A stretch of DNA of 64,000 bases, taken from Camelus dromedarius (taxonomy: Eukaryota). Of the stretch, positions 38,051 to 51,110 are shown piece after piece. Position numbers and translations under genes: made by a program. The stretch is taken from positions 122,018,001-122,082,000 of the forward strand of contig NC_087437.1 of NCBI RefSeq assembly GCF_036321535.1, given 5' to 3'. Numbering within the stretch: the stretch's first letter is position 1; every line of letters starts with the position of its first letter. The notes under the pieces were generated by a model. The model worked only from the letters and a program-made list of their open reading frames with translations, was not told the origin of the DNA and did no database searches.

Positions 38051-41000
38051 AAAGTAGGATGAGCAAAAGAGCAGAAGACACAGGCAGGCACTTCGCGGGA
38101 GAGGAGACAGGAACTCGGGTCAGACCGCCGGGCTGGCCGGCTTGCCGCGCCCACCTGGCGGCGGCTCTGGAGCTGTCCGCTATGAGTGCTTAGGATTTTC
38201 GTGTTTGTCGGTTTTCATATCCTGGCACAAAGTCAAATGGAAAAGGCAAGTTATGGAGAAATGTCTGCTACAGGGTCCCCCCTGCTGACCCCACCCCTGC
38301 CCTCCCCGCCCTTCCCGCCCAGTGATTTGTAGGTGCTGGTCAGATGAGAAAGTCTAATTTTATTTTATTTTATTTTCTCTTCTTTTTATGGCAGAAATAT
38401 CTCAAAAAGTGGAAAGTCCCCTTAGCACTTAGTCCTGCTCCCTCCTTTTAAAAAATGCAGAAATTGAGTCCCAAAGAGGCCAAGTTCAGGGCAGAGCCTA
38501 GGCAGACGCGTGCGCTCCCCTGGCCGCTCACCACCACTTGCCGGATGGGCGTGTATCCAGGCACCACTGTCCAGTCTTCTGGATGTCAGTTTACCTTTGA
38601 GGGGATTTATCTGCTGGTGTGGCCTCTGTGTCCTGAACAGCAGCAGACACGTTGCAGTGGCACAGGTCAGAGTTTCAGTGTCAGACTTTCTGGGTTTGAG
38701 CGGAGCCCACCTCATGGGTTCTTGGCTGTGCCTGTAACACGCGTGGCCGGCGGGCTCTGGAGTGGACCCCCATGTGCTCCGCATCCGTTTGACAGTGAGG
38801 GGGAGACAGACAGAACAGAGGAGCATCGGAGGGTGCGAAGGCCGGGGGCAGTGGGGTGGGGAAGCCCTGCTGGCTTACGATGCTCATTTGCCCCAATAAC
38901 GTGGACAGCACCACACAACTTGCATTCACTCACAGGGAGCCCCGTCTCGCAGATGAGGGTACAGATCCACGCGACCAGACCTGCCTGTCTTCACCAAGCC
39001 AGCCAGTGCTGGGGCCGACTCGGGCCGGTTCTCCCACCCCTAGAGTTCCACTCTCCCCTGCCATCCCGAACAGCGCACAGCTGTGCACTCCTGGGGACTC
39101 GGGGACAGGCAGGAGTGGGCCCTGCCCTCCTGGGGACCATGCCAGCCCGGCTGTCGGACGCACTAACACATGACAGGGGAAGAGCAGACCAGGAGCAGAG
39201 AGCAGCCAGGCCAGGGCTGCTTCGGTCCTTCAGTGCTGGCGGATACCACTGTCCACAGGGCCACCCCCAGGCTCCCCCCAGCCCTGGCCATGGGTGAAGG
39301 GCTGGAGCCCCCAGGACTCCGGTCACGTGCCAGGCCCACTGCCTGCAGCAGCGCCGGGTCTGCGTGGAACCCAGTGGCGGTCAGAGCAGGTAGCCCGCCT
39401 GCCCTGAGCTGGTCTGTGCTCTTCAACTTGACGCCTGTTGTCTCCAGAAACGGGGTTTCCTCCTCCCTCCCGGGAGTGGAGCCCTTAAGCCTCGTCCCCG
39501 TGCTCGCTGTGCGTGTGTTCAGGGGAGAGGAGCCATGCGGCGGGGTCCCCGGCCCCCAGCCCCTTCTTTCCCACAGGATCATCTCGCCCGCGGCAGGCAC
39601 AGCAGGTATGGGCCACCTCTCACCTCTCGTCCCCGTGAGGGTGTTTCCCGGTGAGCCCTTCTGCTGTGGTCACACTGAGCCTGGTGGTGGAAGGTCACAG
39701 GCAGACCTGCCGGGCAGCAGGTGTGCCGTCAGCCCCCGGCCCCTCCTTGCTGGGGACTCCCACCCAGAGCTGAATCTGACCACGGTCCCCATGTCCTGCC
39801 TCAGAACCTCCAGGCATGCCAGCTGAGCCTGGAAGGTGGCTGGTCCTCCCCAGGCAGGCCACCCAAGTGCCAGGGGCATCGAGGGAGGGCCGCTTTCAAG
39901 ACAGCTCGCCCTTTCCGAGGAGGGAGGGAGGGGACCCTCTGTGGTGGCAGATGCTGCAGGAGTAGCCACCCGATTCCCAGCGGCTCCCGCAGCTGAGCTT
40001 CTGCCTGGAAGGCGAGCCCGGGGCTGCGTCCACCTGCCTCGCGCCAAGGCCCTGACCTGCAGGAGCGGGAAGAGGCTGGGCCGGCCCACAAGGCTCCACC
40101 AGCCCCTGTCCCCACAGCTGCACCTGCAGGGCAGTGGACAGGGAGGGGCCTTCGGGGGGCGGAGGTGATCCTCCACATACTGGGAAGGGGCATTTGGTGT
40201 TTAAATTATTAGGAGAGCCTGCCGGCCACAGGCCAGCAGCAGCCCACTCCTCTGTCCCCCGAGGGCTCATCCGTGTTGGTGCAGGGACAGCCCAGTGCTC
40301 GTGCCTCCCCGACACGGATTCTGCACGGCAGGACCCGGGTGGTGACTGGTCAGAGCCTCGTCTCACCTGGGACGCCTGCAATGCTCCGAGGGCCCCACCC
40401 GCCAGCCGTGGGGCTCCGTGGGGCCCCATCCTCGCCTTCAGACAAGAGTCAGGGCGCTGAAAGCCTGCTCTGGGACGCATGGGGGCTGGTCTCCGTCTGA
40501 GGGAGGCTGGGGGTTGCGTGCAGTCCTGGAATGTGCCACCCCACCTTCCGCTCTGCTGAGGACACCACGGCCCCAGAGTCTCCAAGGGTGGGCGGTTCCA
40601 GCATTCAGCCAAGTCTCACCACATTCACCATTACCTTCTGTTATTTTTAGTGTTTATTTAAGAAATAAGGCTCGAATAAAAATAACTAAGGAAAGTACAG
40701 TTCAGAGCCCCACCGAAGTCTGGGGGGTGGGGGACAGGCAGGAAGGGGCACAGGCGCAGGGAGGTCCCAGACGAGCCCTGCGCCCTCCGGGGGGCAGCTC
40801 TCACAGCACACCTCTGTCGTCCCGGAGGTCACAGGGGACGGGCTGCGAGCCCTGCGGGTGGCCCCCTCCAAGTCACCCTTGGGTAAAGCCGGGGCCTGCG
40901 GGGGAGGCAGGCTGGCCAGGCAGCGGTCCAGGCCCGGCCCGGGGCTGCGCCCTGCACGGGGCTGGCAGGAGGGAGCGGCTTGAGTCTGCGAGTGACAGCA

Positions 41001-41343
41001 TGACGTCGAGGCGCTTGGGGCCCAGCCGGTCCTGCTCTGTGGCTCTCAGACCCTCCCATAGAGCCCGAGGCCAGGCGGCCTCCTCACAGCCTGGCCACAG
41101 GAGAGGGGCTGGTTTGGGCGGGAGCTGCCAGGCAGCCGAGGGGAGGAAGGGACCCGGTGCGCCCACCGCCCACAGCCCATTGGTCACCCCAGGCCAAGTC
41201 CTTGAGTGCTGCTGCGTCCGCCATGTGTCGCATGGCCCCTCCTATCTACCTGTGCAGAGTTCTGTTACGCGTGTTTGATTTGGTGTGACTTACACTCGAT
41301 GACAATAACCTTCTTAGCTCTCGTGTCCCTCCTGCCCCCGCAG

Positions 41344-41419
41344 CTGACCAAGCTCCACCAGCTGGCCATGCAGCAACCCCCCTTTCCTCCCCTCGGACAG
41401 ACCAACCCCGCTCTCCCCG
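41344..41419 (+). CDS. PCBP3: PCBP3 76-nt exon LTKLHQLAMQQPPFPPLGQTNPALP(G)
   Basis: Boundaries cctgcccccgcag|CTG...CCCG|gtacgt. Confidence 0.94.
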
Positions 41420-41971
41420 GTACGTACCCGCGCCCTCTGACCTCCTCCCTTCTCGCCGGGGGCTTCCCGCGCTGTCTGCGTTCAAGGCAGCGAGCCGCAC
41501 AGGCACGGCCCTGTCGTGATGCCAGGGACGCAGGTCCCAACGCAGCCGAGGGCGGGCGGGAGGTCTGTCTTTGTCTCCGTGGTGGGTCAGCCCCCGCAGC
41601 TGGCCTTCTGTGAAGCCAGGGTCCGCCCTGCTCTGCCGCCCGCCGGCCTGCGGGCGCCCTTCCACCTGCTGGCCCTGGAGCACACGTGTTCTCGCAGAAG
41701 CAAGAGCCCAGACGGGCAGGCGGGGAAGTCCTCCTGCAGGAGGCAGCGCACACCCGGGTGGCCCGCCCCGGACGCTGCTTGGCCCAGGGCGGGCCCCTCG
41801 GCTGTGTGCGGCCAGCCCGGTTCCCCGATAGTGGCAGAGCGTCGCCTCCGTGGCCGGGCCTGGGGCAGCCCGCCGGGCGCACCAGTCAGACTTTGAGCTT
41901 CCCTAGTTGAAGTGACCTTGCTTATCTCCTTGAGGGCAAAACATTAAATCTGTTTCTTCTCTGCTCTCCAG

Positions 41972-42031
41972 GAGAAAAGCTGCCTTTACACTCCTCCGAA
42001 GAAGCTCAAAATCTGATGGGCCAGTCGTCAG
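41972..42031 (+). CDS. PCBP3: PCBP3 60-nt exon (G)EKLPLHSSEEAQNLMGQSS(G)
   Basis: Boundaries ctgctctccag|GAGAAAAG...TCAG|gtaaaa; phase 1 at both ends. Confidence 0.94.
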
Positions 42032-42825
42032 GTAAAATAAAACCACGCTACGGAGAGCAAGCAGGCCAGGAAGGCCGCGCGGCCGCCCTGCTGGGCTCCC
42101 GGCCACGACCTGGCGGGAGGAGGGGGCGAGGAGGCCTGCCCACCCAGCCCAGCGCCTCGGTGGAGGGACGGCCGGGGCCGCCCGGGGCCGTGCAGGGCTG
42201 GAGCCCCAGTGGCCGGCTCCAGGGCTGCCCGGGTCGCTGCTGGGAGCGCGGTGGTGGGTCATGGGCTCTGACGGGCTCTGAGCACAGCGGCCGCACCATC
42301 CAGGGCCCCCGGAGTGTCTGAGCCACCGTCTGTGCTGTTGTTTATTCTGCCGGTGGCACAGCATTTAGGGCCCGTAGGGATAATTTACACAATGTGTGCC
42401 TCCCAGACACATGCTTCCTAGGAGACGAGACGTCACCCCAAGGTGCCACTCGGGGCGAGGCTTGCGCTGAAATGTCCCCGACGGGCAGGCAGGGCGGAGA
42501 GCCCTAGCTCTGTCACCTGGGCTCGGAGCAGAGGGCACGGCTCCTGGACAGGCCGTCTGGGAGCAAGGCCATGGGAAGCCGGTGCCCTGGACTGAGCGAG
42601 TTCCCCGGGAGGGAGGCTCCACCCACTCTCCCACCCCCACGGGCCTCGTGAGAGCCTGGGTCAGAGCAGAAAGGCAAGAGAAGGGTGTTTCCTGCGGGTC
42701 TCAGCTGTCACCCCCATTGTGTTCCGGCCTCAGGGAGGGCGAGGCCGGGGCTCGAGAAAGTCCCAAGACGTCCCCGCCGGCCGCGTCTGCCCCTCACCCA
42801 CCCCTCAAGAGCGAGCTGAGACCCC

Positions 42826-42858
42826 GGCTCTGGGGCTCTGGGGCTCTGGGGCTCTGGG
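42826..42858. repeat. 8-bp tandem repeat (ggctctgg)4
   Basis: Read directly from the sequence. Confidence 0.85.
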
Positions 42859-44835
42859 CACTCACATGGGTTCTGTCTCTGTGTAGCCGCTAAGTTAACA
42901 CAGAATTTAATGGAGGCAAGTTAGAGAGAAGCATTCACAGAATGTATTTGGTCGTGGATGTGGATAACCTCCTTTGCGAGGCTGCAGGTCTGGGCGGCAG
43001 CACACGTATGTCTGTGCAGCCCCTGCAGGTCGTCACAGGAGTTCAGATAGCTTCCCGGCTGTGTTCTCCTGGAGGCCACCCGGGCCCCAAGGGCCTGGCG
43101 TACCCGGACCCCACCCCGCCGTGCCCCCGCGCACGGCCCCTGGGCCATGGGCCTCGTGTTAACAGGTCCCTGGGATACCTCCCTCTCGCAGGCCCCGGGG
43201 GACCCGAGTTCCCCAGGAGGGAGGCCCCCCCACTCTCCCACCCCCAGCCGGGCCTGAGCATGCACACGCACACGCACAGGCGCCCACCACGGCGGCAGGC
43301 GAGGGGCACGTCCGCTGGTTGCCTGCGCCCTCGAGGCTCGCCTGCCGCGCGGGGTGGCAGCGCTCACGTCTCGTGAGCGGGATGCCCCCACTGGGCTCCT
43401 TTGGCTTCAGTACCTGTTTGAGAACGTCCCCTCCTCTCAAATGTGCCACGGTGAACAGGTGTGACTGTCAGCTCTGCCACCCCGAGCCAGGACTCAGGTC
43501 TGAGGAAATCTAAGCAACATTTTAAGTGTCATTGTTGACTGAGTGTGTCAGATGGTTGAACAACCAAGCGATCGTATTGAAAGTGAGAGGAAAAAGGCGG
43601 ACGGTTTGGGGTGAGTCCGCTCAGCACTTGCCAACTAAGCCCTGTGCTCCGTGGCGCCAGAGCAGCCCCGCCCTCCCAGGGCCACTCCTGCCCTGGACGC
43701 TGCCGATCACGAACACAAGTTCTGGGGACACAAGTGCCGGCCTGCAGCCAGTTGCAGGAGCGGAGCCCCAGGGGGAGGCGGGCCGTGGCGGCCTTGGAGA
43801 TGTCTGGAAGGCACCTGAGCTGCACGTGTGACCCCGGTGGACTGTGTGGAGATTAGACTGCGGGACGAGGGCAGAGGCAGACACCAGCGAGATGGGAGCA
43901 TGGGTGGGAAGAGGGCTCAGGCTCCGGAATATTCTGAAAATGTGAGAGCTGGCCTGTGACGGTTTGTTGCGAGGGCTCTGGGTCTGAGCCGCGGCGCCCA
44001 TGACACCAGGACACATGGGGCCTGGGGGACCAAAGGCAGGGTCTCAGCTGTGGGCTTTGCATTTGAGACACCTCCTGGCGTGGAGATGTCTGCCCTGCGA
44101 GGACAGACCCCGCCCTTCCCACCAGTGCCCGTCGCGGCCCACCCTGCATTTTGTTGTCACTGTTTCCAAAGAAAGTGAAGGTCTTGTCCTCGAACTCAGA
44201 GGCTATCTCCGACTTGGTCCGCCCTGGACTGAGGCTTGTAATGACAGAAATTGGGGCGTGCAGTGAACTAGGCTTGGGAGTGCGTCTCCAGCCCAGGACA
44301 CCACATAGAAGCGCGTGGTCTGCCCCTGGCCCGGCTCTCAGGTCTCCCTGCTCCAAACTGGACAAGCTGTGCGGTGGACCTGGGCCACGGAGCCGGGATG
44401 GGTGGGGGCAGCTGTGGCGCAGCAGGGCCGAGGGTCTGCAAGCGGGAAGAGCAGGGGGTGAGAGCTGAGGGAGGGTGGGCACCCAGGGCGGGTGTGGCCA
44501 GCAAGGCCTGTGTCCCTGAACCCCGTGGAGGGTGCCTCAGGAGACTCAAGCACCACGTACAACGTGGCAGACGAGTCAGATCATTTGTGCCCAGAACAAA
44601 ACCTGGACTGCCATCCTGCTTGGGTTTCTTTGTCCTTGTTTTGAGAGAAAGTGGGTTCAGGACGGTGTTGCAGCTGGGGACTGAGAGCTCACAGGCCCCG
44701 GCCTTCAGCAACGCTGACCCTCACCCTGGGCCAGATCCCAGCCCCGCCTGCCTGCGGGCCGAGTGTGGGCCGGGCCCCGGGGTGCAGTGGGAGCAGCCTG
44801 CCGCCAGCCTAACCGTCTCCCGTTGGTGTCCCCAG

Positions 44836-44888
44836 GTCTGGATGCCAGCCCCCCGGCCAGCACTCATGAGCTCACCATTCCCAATGAT
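44836..44888 (+). CDS. PCBP3: PCBP3 53-nt exon (G)LDASPPASTHELTIPND
   Basis: Boundaries gtccccag|GTCTG...GAT|gtgagt. Confidence 0.96.
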
Positions 44889-45759
44889 GTGAGTGTGCCC
44901 GGGCCCTCGCCCCTCCCCGACCCCACGTGTGCCCCTCCCCCTTCCCTCGTTAAGCAGTGACGCCACATCCCCAAGATACCAGGCAAGGAGGGAGCGGGTG
45001 GGGGCTTCAGGGTTTACTTGGAATTCAGGTGCCAGAGCTGCCTGGGAAGCTGGGGTGCCCTGCTGACCCCGAGTGAAGGCCCTGCCCTGGTTCGGGGTCA
45101 GCCCTTGGGAACAGATGGCCGGGGAGTGTGCTGTGTGTCAGGCCCTCCAGAGGGTTTGGGGTTCCTGTGAGCCTGCTGCAGCAGCTGGTTTGTCTGGGTT
45201 TGTGTGTCTAAGGCTGTGGTCTCTTCCTCCTGAGGCTCAGCGAGAGTGTGGCCTTACGAGCTCCCCTCACATGCTGGGGCCTTTCCCAGCCGGCCTCTGA
45301 ATCCTTGGATTGTCCCAAGAAGGCTGACTTCCATCCCCAAACTAAGACGCCAGGCCAGGAGTGGGCCACCTGTCCTGGAGGGGCAGCCGTGTGTGGGGTG
45401 TGGTGATGGCTGGGGACGTGTGCAGTTCACAGGTCCACTCAAACAAACATCGCTCCTGCCTGAGGGCACAGCCAAGGAGGCACCCACGTGGCCTCGGGGC
45501 CCCCAGAGGACACTGGGTAAGGTGACCACGGTCTCTTGATTTGTCAGGACTTCTCACGGCTGGGGGTCCAGCAGAGCCCCGGGGCCCACAGCTCCCCTCT
45601 GCAGCAGGAAGGAGGGTGTGCGGTGCCTCTTCTCTCTGGAGACTGTTGTGAGGAGACCAAGGCAGGCCTGTCTGCCCAGCTTCCCTGTCCCTCCAGCCCC
45701 GCACACACTGCGCCTGAGCCCCCTGGACTCTCCTCTGAGAAGCTCCTCTGTCCTTCTAG

Positions 45760-45930
<171 letters not shown>

Positions 45931-47136
45931 TGAGCGCCGCGGGGCCTGCCAGCGGGACGGGTCACGGGACGCTCGGAGGGCCGAGAATCTGGACAGGCCA
46001 GTCAGTCCTGCCCCCGGGAGGTTCCGTCTCCCGGCTGGGGGTTGGGGTGGACGTGATGGGGAGAGTCTCCAGGTGGACACGGCCCACACCCTCCTCTGCA
46101 CTTTCACACTTGACCTTTTACCCACCAGTGAGAGCATTTACAGGGCAGTGGTGCCTACAAGGCCCCAGACAAGTCGCCAGGCGTTGGCACCTTTAGGTGG
46201 CCCTGGACTTGTCCAGAGAAGTGTCTGAGGCTAAGCCTCTCACCCTCAGGCCTCATCCCCACAGGCCCGTGTCCTGCGTGTCCCTTGTGCGGAATGGGGG
46301 GCGGGGGCGGGGGCGGGACAGGGGCGGGCCCTGTGTCGGCAATGCTGGGCTCGGTGCACACCTGCCTCGTGGCCGGACTGCCAGCTCCAGCTGACATGTG
46401 AGGCACACCCGGGGGCCCTGGGGTGTTGAACTGGACTGGCCTCACTGGCCTTCCCCCTGTCGTCTTACTGGGGCTGCTGGCCTTCTGCCCCCAGTACCGC
46501 CACCCCCGAGGCAGCATCCGCCTGGGAGTGGGCCCTGTGAGGCCTCTGCCCCCGAGGGCAAGCTGAGGGTGTCGCCCTGCCTGCACCTGCCCGTGCCCCA
46601 CCACATGCATCCTCTCCTTGGCCGGGTCCTGGTCTGGGCTCAGCCACACGCTGGGGTTAATGGAAAAGCAGCAAAAAGGGTTGTGTGGCTTCAGGGACAG
46701 GCCACTGGAGCCTCCTGCTCTCACACCTCTGTGATCTAAGGACCCCACCCAGACGCTTGTTGGGCATGTGGCAGGGAGCTGGGCAAGGGCCTGAGGTTAC
46801 GCCTCTGGGGGAGGATGAGGTCCTGCGGAGCCAGCGAAGCTGCCGGGAGCCTCACCTGCCCTCCCTGCCAGGGCCAGGGCGAGAACCCGGCCACCACGGC
46901 TGGGCCGGCCCCTCCCTAGCCTGGAACGTCCAGCTGCCCCGTGGGCAGTGTGACTCCTGTGCCCCCTTCCAGCAGTTGCCATAGAAACGGCTGTCGGCAC
47001 ACCCCTGTGGCAGGCATGCGGCTCCTGTGGCAGGGAAGTAAGGCCCCGTGGGTCTGGTCCCAGGTCCCCAGCTCGGGGGGGAGCCGGGCTGGGAGGACGT
47101 GGTGACCTGTGTCCCCCGTGCCTTTGTCTCTTCCAG

Positions 47137-47173
47137 GCTGACGTCCGAGGTCACTGGGATGGGCGCGCTGTAA
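47137..47173 (+). CDS. PCBP3: PCBP3 last coding segment (R)LTSEVTGMGAL-stop
   Basis: Acceptor tctcttccag|GCTGACG...CTGTAA. Confidence 0.96.
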
Positions 47174-47770
47174 TCCCACCGGTCCTCCGCCCGCCCGCTC
47201 ACGACTCTGTACAGACTGCCCCTCCTTGCAAATATAAAGAGGTTTCTTTACTAAGAAGTATCTCTGCCCTGGAGCTCCACCGGCAGCGCAGGTCCGTCCG
47301 TCCGTCTGTGTGTGCTCCGGACCCTGACGCTGCCGCCCGGCTCGCCCTCGCCGGCCCCTCGCGCATCGGCATGCAGTGTAGTGCTTCTCCGTGCTTCGGG
47401 GCACTCCCAGCTGTGACGTCTTAGAAACCTTGTCCCTTAGTGTCCGTGTAACTGTTTTAAGAGTAGGTTTGGCGCTTTGGCGGCCCTTCTGCCGCGTCCC
47501 CTCCTCGGCCACCTGGAGCCACGGCTGCTTTGGGTGGCCCTCTCCCCGCCTCCGCCTGTGCCGACCCGGCTCCCTCCCCTGTGGTCTGCGCTGGGCGGGT
47601 GTGCCCCGCCTTTGTTCAGAGGGAAGGAGGAGGGGGTGGGGTCCTGACCCGAGGTGCAGGGTGGGTGGGGGTGCCAGCCCCCGCTTCCCGGGGCTGAGCG
47701 CGCCGACCGGCCGGGGCGCCTTGGCGGGCACCGCTCCGAGTTCAATAAACGTGGTGCGCTGCCCCACCGG
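47174..47770 (+). other. PCBP3: PCBP3 3' UTR (end approximate)
   Basis: Runs from the stop codon to just past the first AATAAA. Confidence 0.75.
47744..47749 (+). terminator. Polyadenylation signal AATAAA
   Basis: First canonical AATAAA after the stop codon, about 570 nt downstream. Confidence 0.8.
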
Positions 47771-48879
47771 CTCGGCTCCTCTCTGTGCCCCGCGGCCCGC
47801 ACGTACCCGCCTGTGGCCCTGAGGCCGGCCTGGGCCGCCAGCTGTCTGAGGGGCAGCTCTTCCTCCCTCTGCCACCTGTTAACGTCCGATCTGCATGAGT
47901 CTTTCTGGTTTTACTTTTGCAAACGCACTTGAAGCGACAGGAAGGGAACGCCAGGCCCAGAGTCCAGCCGCCTCCGAGGGCACAGCCCGTGCCTCCCAGC
48001 GGGAGCCTGTGCACGCCCGGCTCGCCTGTGCTGACCTGGGGGGCCCCACTGCACCCTTCTCGACACGGAAGCCCTTGGGGGACCCAGGTCCCGGGGCCCA
48101 GGGGCGCCCCTCTGTGTGGGCCCCTCTCAAGTCAGATCTGGGGTTCAGGGGACCCTCCAGTAGGTGGGTGGGCCTGGGACATGTGGTCGGGCCAGAGCTC
48201 CAGCAGTGGGCACTGTCCTCCCTGCGTCACTGAGAGGACAGCCTGGCCCAGACCCCGTCACGCATCGGTGGCCCAGGGGTGCTGCCCACAATGCTCATCT
48301 CTTGGCAGGAACCCCTCCTGTCTGCCCGGTGTGAACGCTGCCCCGCTCCCAGACTCCGGCCAGGTGCTCGTCCTGTGTGCTCAGGCTGCCCAGACACTCC
48401 TCCGTCGCCCTCCCAGGAGTTTCCTGGTCGAGGTTGGGTGCCCAGCACAGCAGCGCCCGGCCACACCGCGAGCCCGGCAGTTGAGAGCTGTGGTTCCCTC
48501 ATGCACCCACTGGACGTGTTGGCCGGGTGCTGGCCACTGCTCAGGGCCAGGGAGGTGGCAGGGACAAGGTGGACACAAGCCTTCCTCTGGGCACCTCCAT
48601 CAGTGTCAGGGCAGGGCTGGCCAGGAGACGGGATGAGGAAAGCCCTAGAAAGCGAGAGTTGCTCTGGGTAAAGCCAACCACGTGGAGGTTGTGGGGTGCT
48701 CAGTATTCAAGGTGGGGCCCCAGAAGCTGCAGGTGGAGGTGGGCCTGATGTGGGGCCCCGGCTGTGCGCGTCCAGGAAAGGAGGCGGGGGCAGCCGGAGC
48801 CAGTGTGGACGGCAGCAGGAGTGCCGGGCGGCCCCTGGGGAGCCCCCTGGAGGTGGCAGTAGCGGAAGGTGGGACTCAG

Positions 48880-49150
48880 GCCAGGTGCACTGGGTCCTGG
48901 AGGCACTTTGAAGAACGAACGGGATTCCCAACAGATCAGAAATGTGCTGTGAAGGAAAGAGGACCCAGGCCACATGAATGAAGGCTCCTGGTCTGAGGCT
49001 GGAAGGGTGATTTGTCCTCCGTGAGCGCAGAGGCTGCAGGTGGGAGGTTGGGGGCTGTGGACGGGAGCTCAGTTTGGGACACGAGGACTTGAGACATGCT
49101 GCCCCCGCCCCTGTGGAGACGTGCACTCTGAGGTCAGTGAGCGGACCGCA
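48880..49150. mobile_element. Probable L2 fragment
   Basis: gagctcagtttgggacac...ttgagacatgc resembles the L2 3' region. Confidence 0.45.
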
Positions 49151-49369
49151 GTCCAGGCGGAAGCAGCAGGCCAGGAGGGGCGCCACGCAGGAACCCCCAG
49201 GAGCCGGGGAGAGGGTGCCTCAGGCGGGGCCAGGGAGGGGTCCAGGCGAGGTGCTCATGTCACCTGTCCAGACGACCCCGGGCACCCCGAGGAGCTGCCT
49301 CACACTCCACGTCCCCAGATGAGCCGGCTACGAACACTCGTGCACCAGCCTCTGCTGGACGGACGCTTC

Positions 49370-51110
49370 GGCTCTCAGGTAGACACCCAGGAGTGGGCTC
49401 GTGTGACAGGTGTATGTTTTAACTTTTTAAGAAACTGCTCGGCTGTTTTCTAAAGTGGTTTGACCATTTCACGTTCTCTCCACATCGCAGGGAGAGCCCA
49501 GTTACCCACATCCTCAGCGGCGTGCAGTGCGCTGTCTTGTCAGTTTTGGGCCCCCTCGTGGCTGCAGTGATGTCTCACTGTGGTTTTAACCTGCGTCTCC
49601 CTCATGACTAATGATGTGGGGCGTCTTTCACGTGCTGGTTTGCCACCCACACCTTCTTCGCTGGGTGTTTGTTCAGATCTTTTCCCCGTTTCTTAATTCA
49701 GTTCTCCTCTGATCGGGTTTCAAGGCCCTCTTCATGGCCAGGACTGAGCCCTTCATCAGACGCGCGATGTCCTTCTTGTGTATTTCCCTCCAGTCCGTGG
49801 CTCGTCTTGTCAGTCTCTCGGTGGCGTCTTCTGAAGAGCAGAAGGTTTTCCAAATCATCAGCTTGTCTCTCATGGACTGTGCTTTTAGTGTCGCATCTAA
49901 GACATCTTTGACTGCCCCGAAGTCACAAAGATGTTCTCATGTGGTTCCTTCAAGAAGTTCTGTCATTTTGTTTCCATGCTGAATTGCCTTTGCACCTTTA
50001 TCAAAAATCAGCTCTCCCTGTACGTGGGGCTTTATTTCTGGGCTCTCTGTTCTGGTCATTGATCTATTTGTCTGTCTTTATGCCAATACCACACTGTTTT
50101 GATGACTGTAACCTTATAATATGTTTTAAAATTAGGAAGTATGTGTTCTCCAACATTGTTCTTCTTTTTCAAAATTGCTTTGACTATTATAGGTCCTTTT
50201 TCATTTCTATATGAATTTTAGAATCAGCTGGTAATTTTCCACAAAAAAAAAATGTGCTAGATTTGATTGAGATGGTGTGGAATCTGTCTTTTAATTTTCT
50301 TAATTTGAAGATAATTGACAGGTTAACAATATGGAGTCATTTGATCCATGAACAAGGTGTATCTCTGCATTTATTTATGTTTAATTTTTTTCAGCAATGT
50401 TTCATAGTTTTCAGCATCCAGGTTTACAAGTCTTCTTTCAGACTTACCCTGAAGTAGTTCATATTTACCATACAGATTTAAATGTTTTAACTTTAGTTTA
50501 TAATTGTGCACTGCTAGTATATAGAATACAGTGGATTTTTGTGTGCAAATCTTGTTTGTTACAGTCTGTGCAGTTCACTGCGTTTGTGGATTTGTCTGTT
50601 TCTCCTTGCAGGTCTATCCATTTTTGCTTTGTTTTGAAACTCTATTGTTAGGTGCATAAGTGTTTAGTGTTGTTATGTCTTCCAGCTCAACCTCCTCCTC
50701 TGTTATGAAATTATCTTCTTTGTCTCTAGTAGTATCCTTTCCTCTGATACCTACTTTGTCTGATACAAACATAGCTTCTCTGTATTATTTAGATTAGGGT
50801 TAGCACGGCATATTTTTTCCATCCTTTTATTTTAACCTATTCGTGTTTCATATTTAAAATCTATTTCTTATACATCTGTAACTTTAAATCCAGTCTGATA
50901 ATCTCTGCCTTCCCATTGGGATATTTGGACCATTTACATTCAGTGTAATTGTTGATATACTTAGATTTACAACTGTCATACAGCTCATCGTTTTGTATTT
51001 GTCCCATACTCTTTGTTCCCTTTTTCTTCATTTTCTGACTTTCTGAATTCACTTAGTATTTTATTATCCCATTATGCCTTCTTTGTTGGCTTGTTAGCTG
51101 TAACTCTTTA
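49370..51110 (-). mobile_element. Antisense L1 remnants
   Basis: Segments tgtatgttttaactttttaagaaactgc, atgccaataccacactgttttgatgactgt, atccatgaacaaggtgtatctc. Confidence 0.8.

Noticed and set aside
41311..41317. Upstream alternative acceptor ttcttag
   Set aside because: It would add 26 nt and shift the frame; there is no further support.
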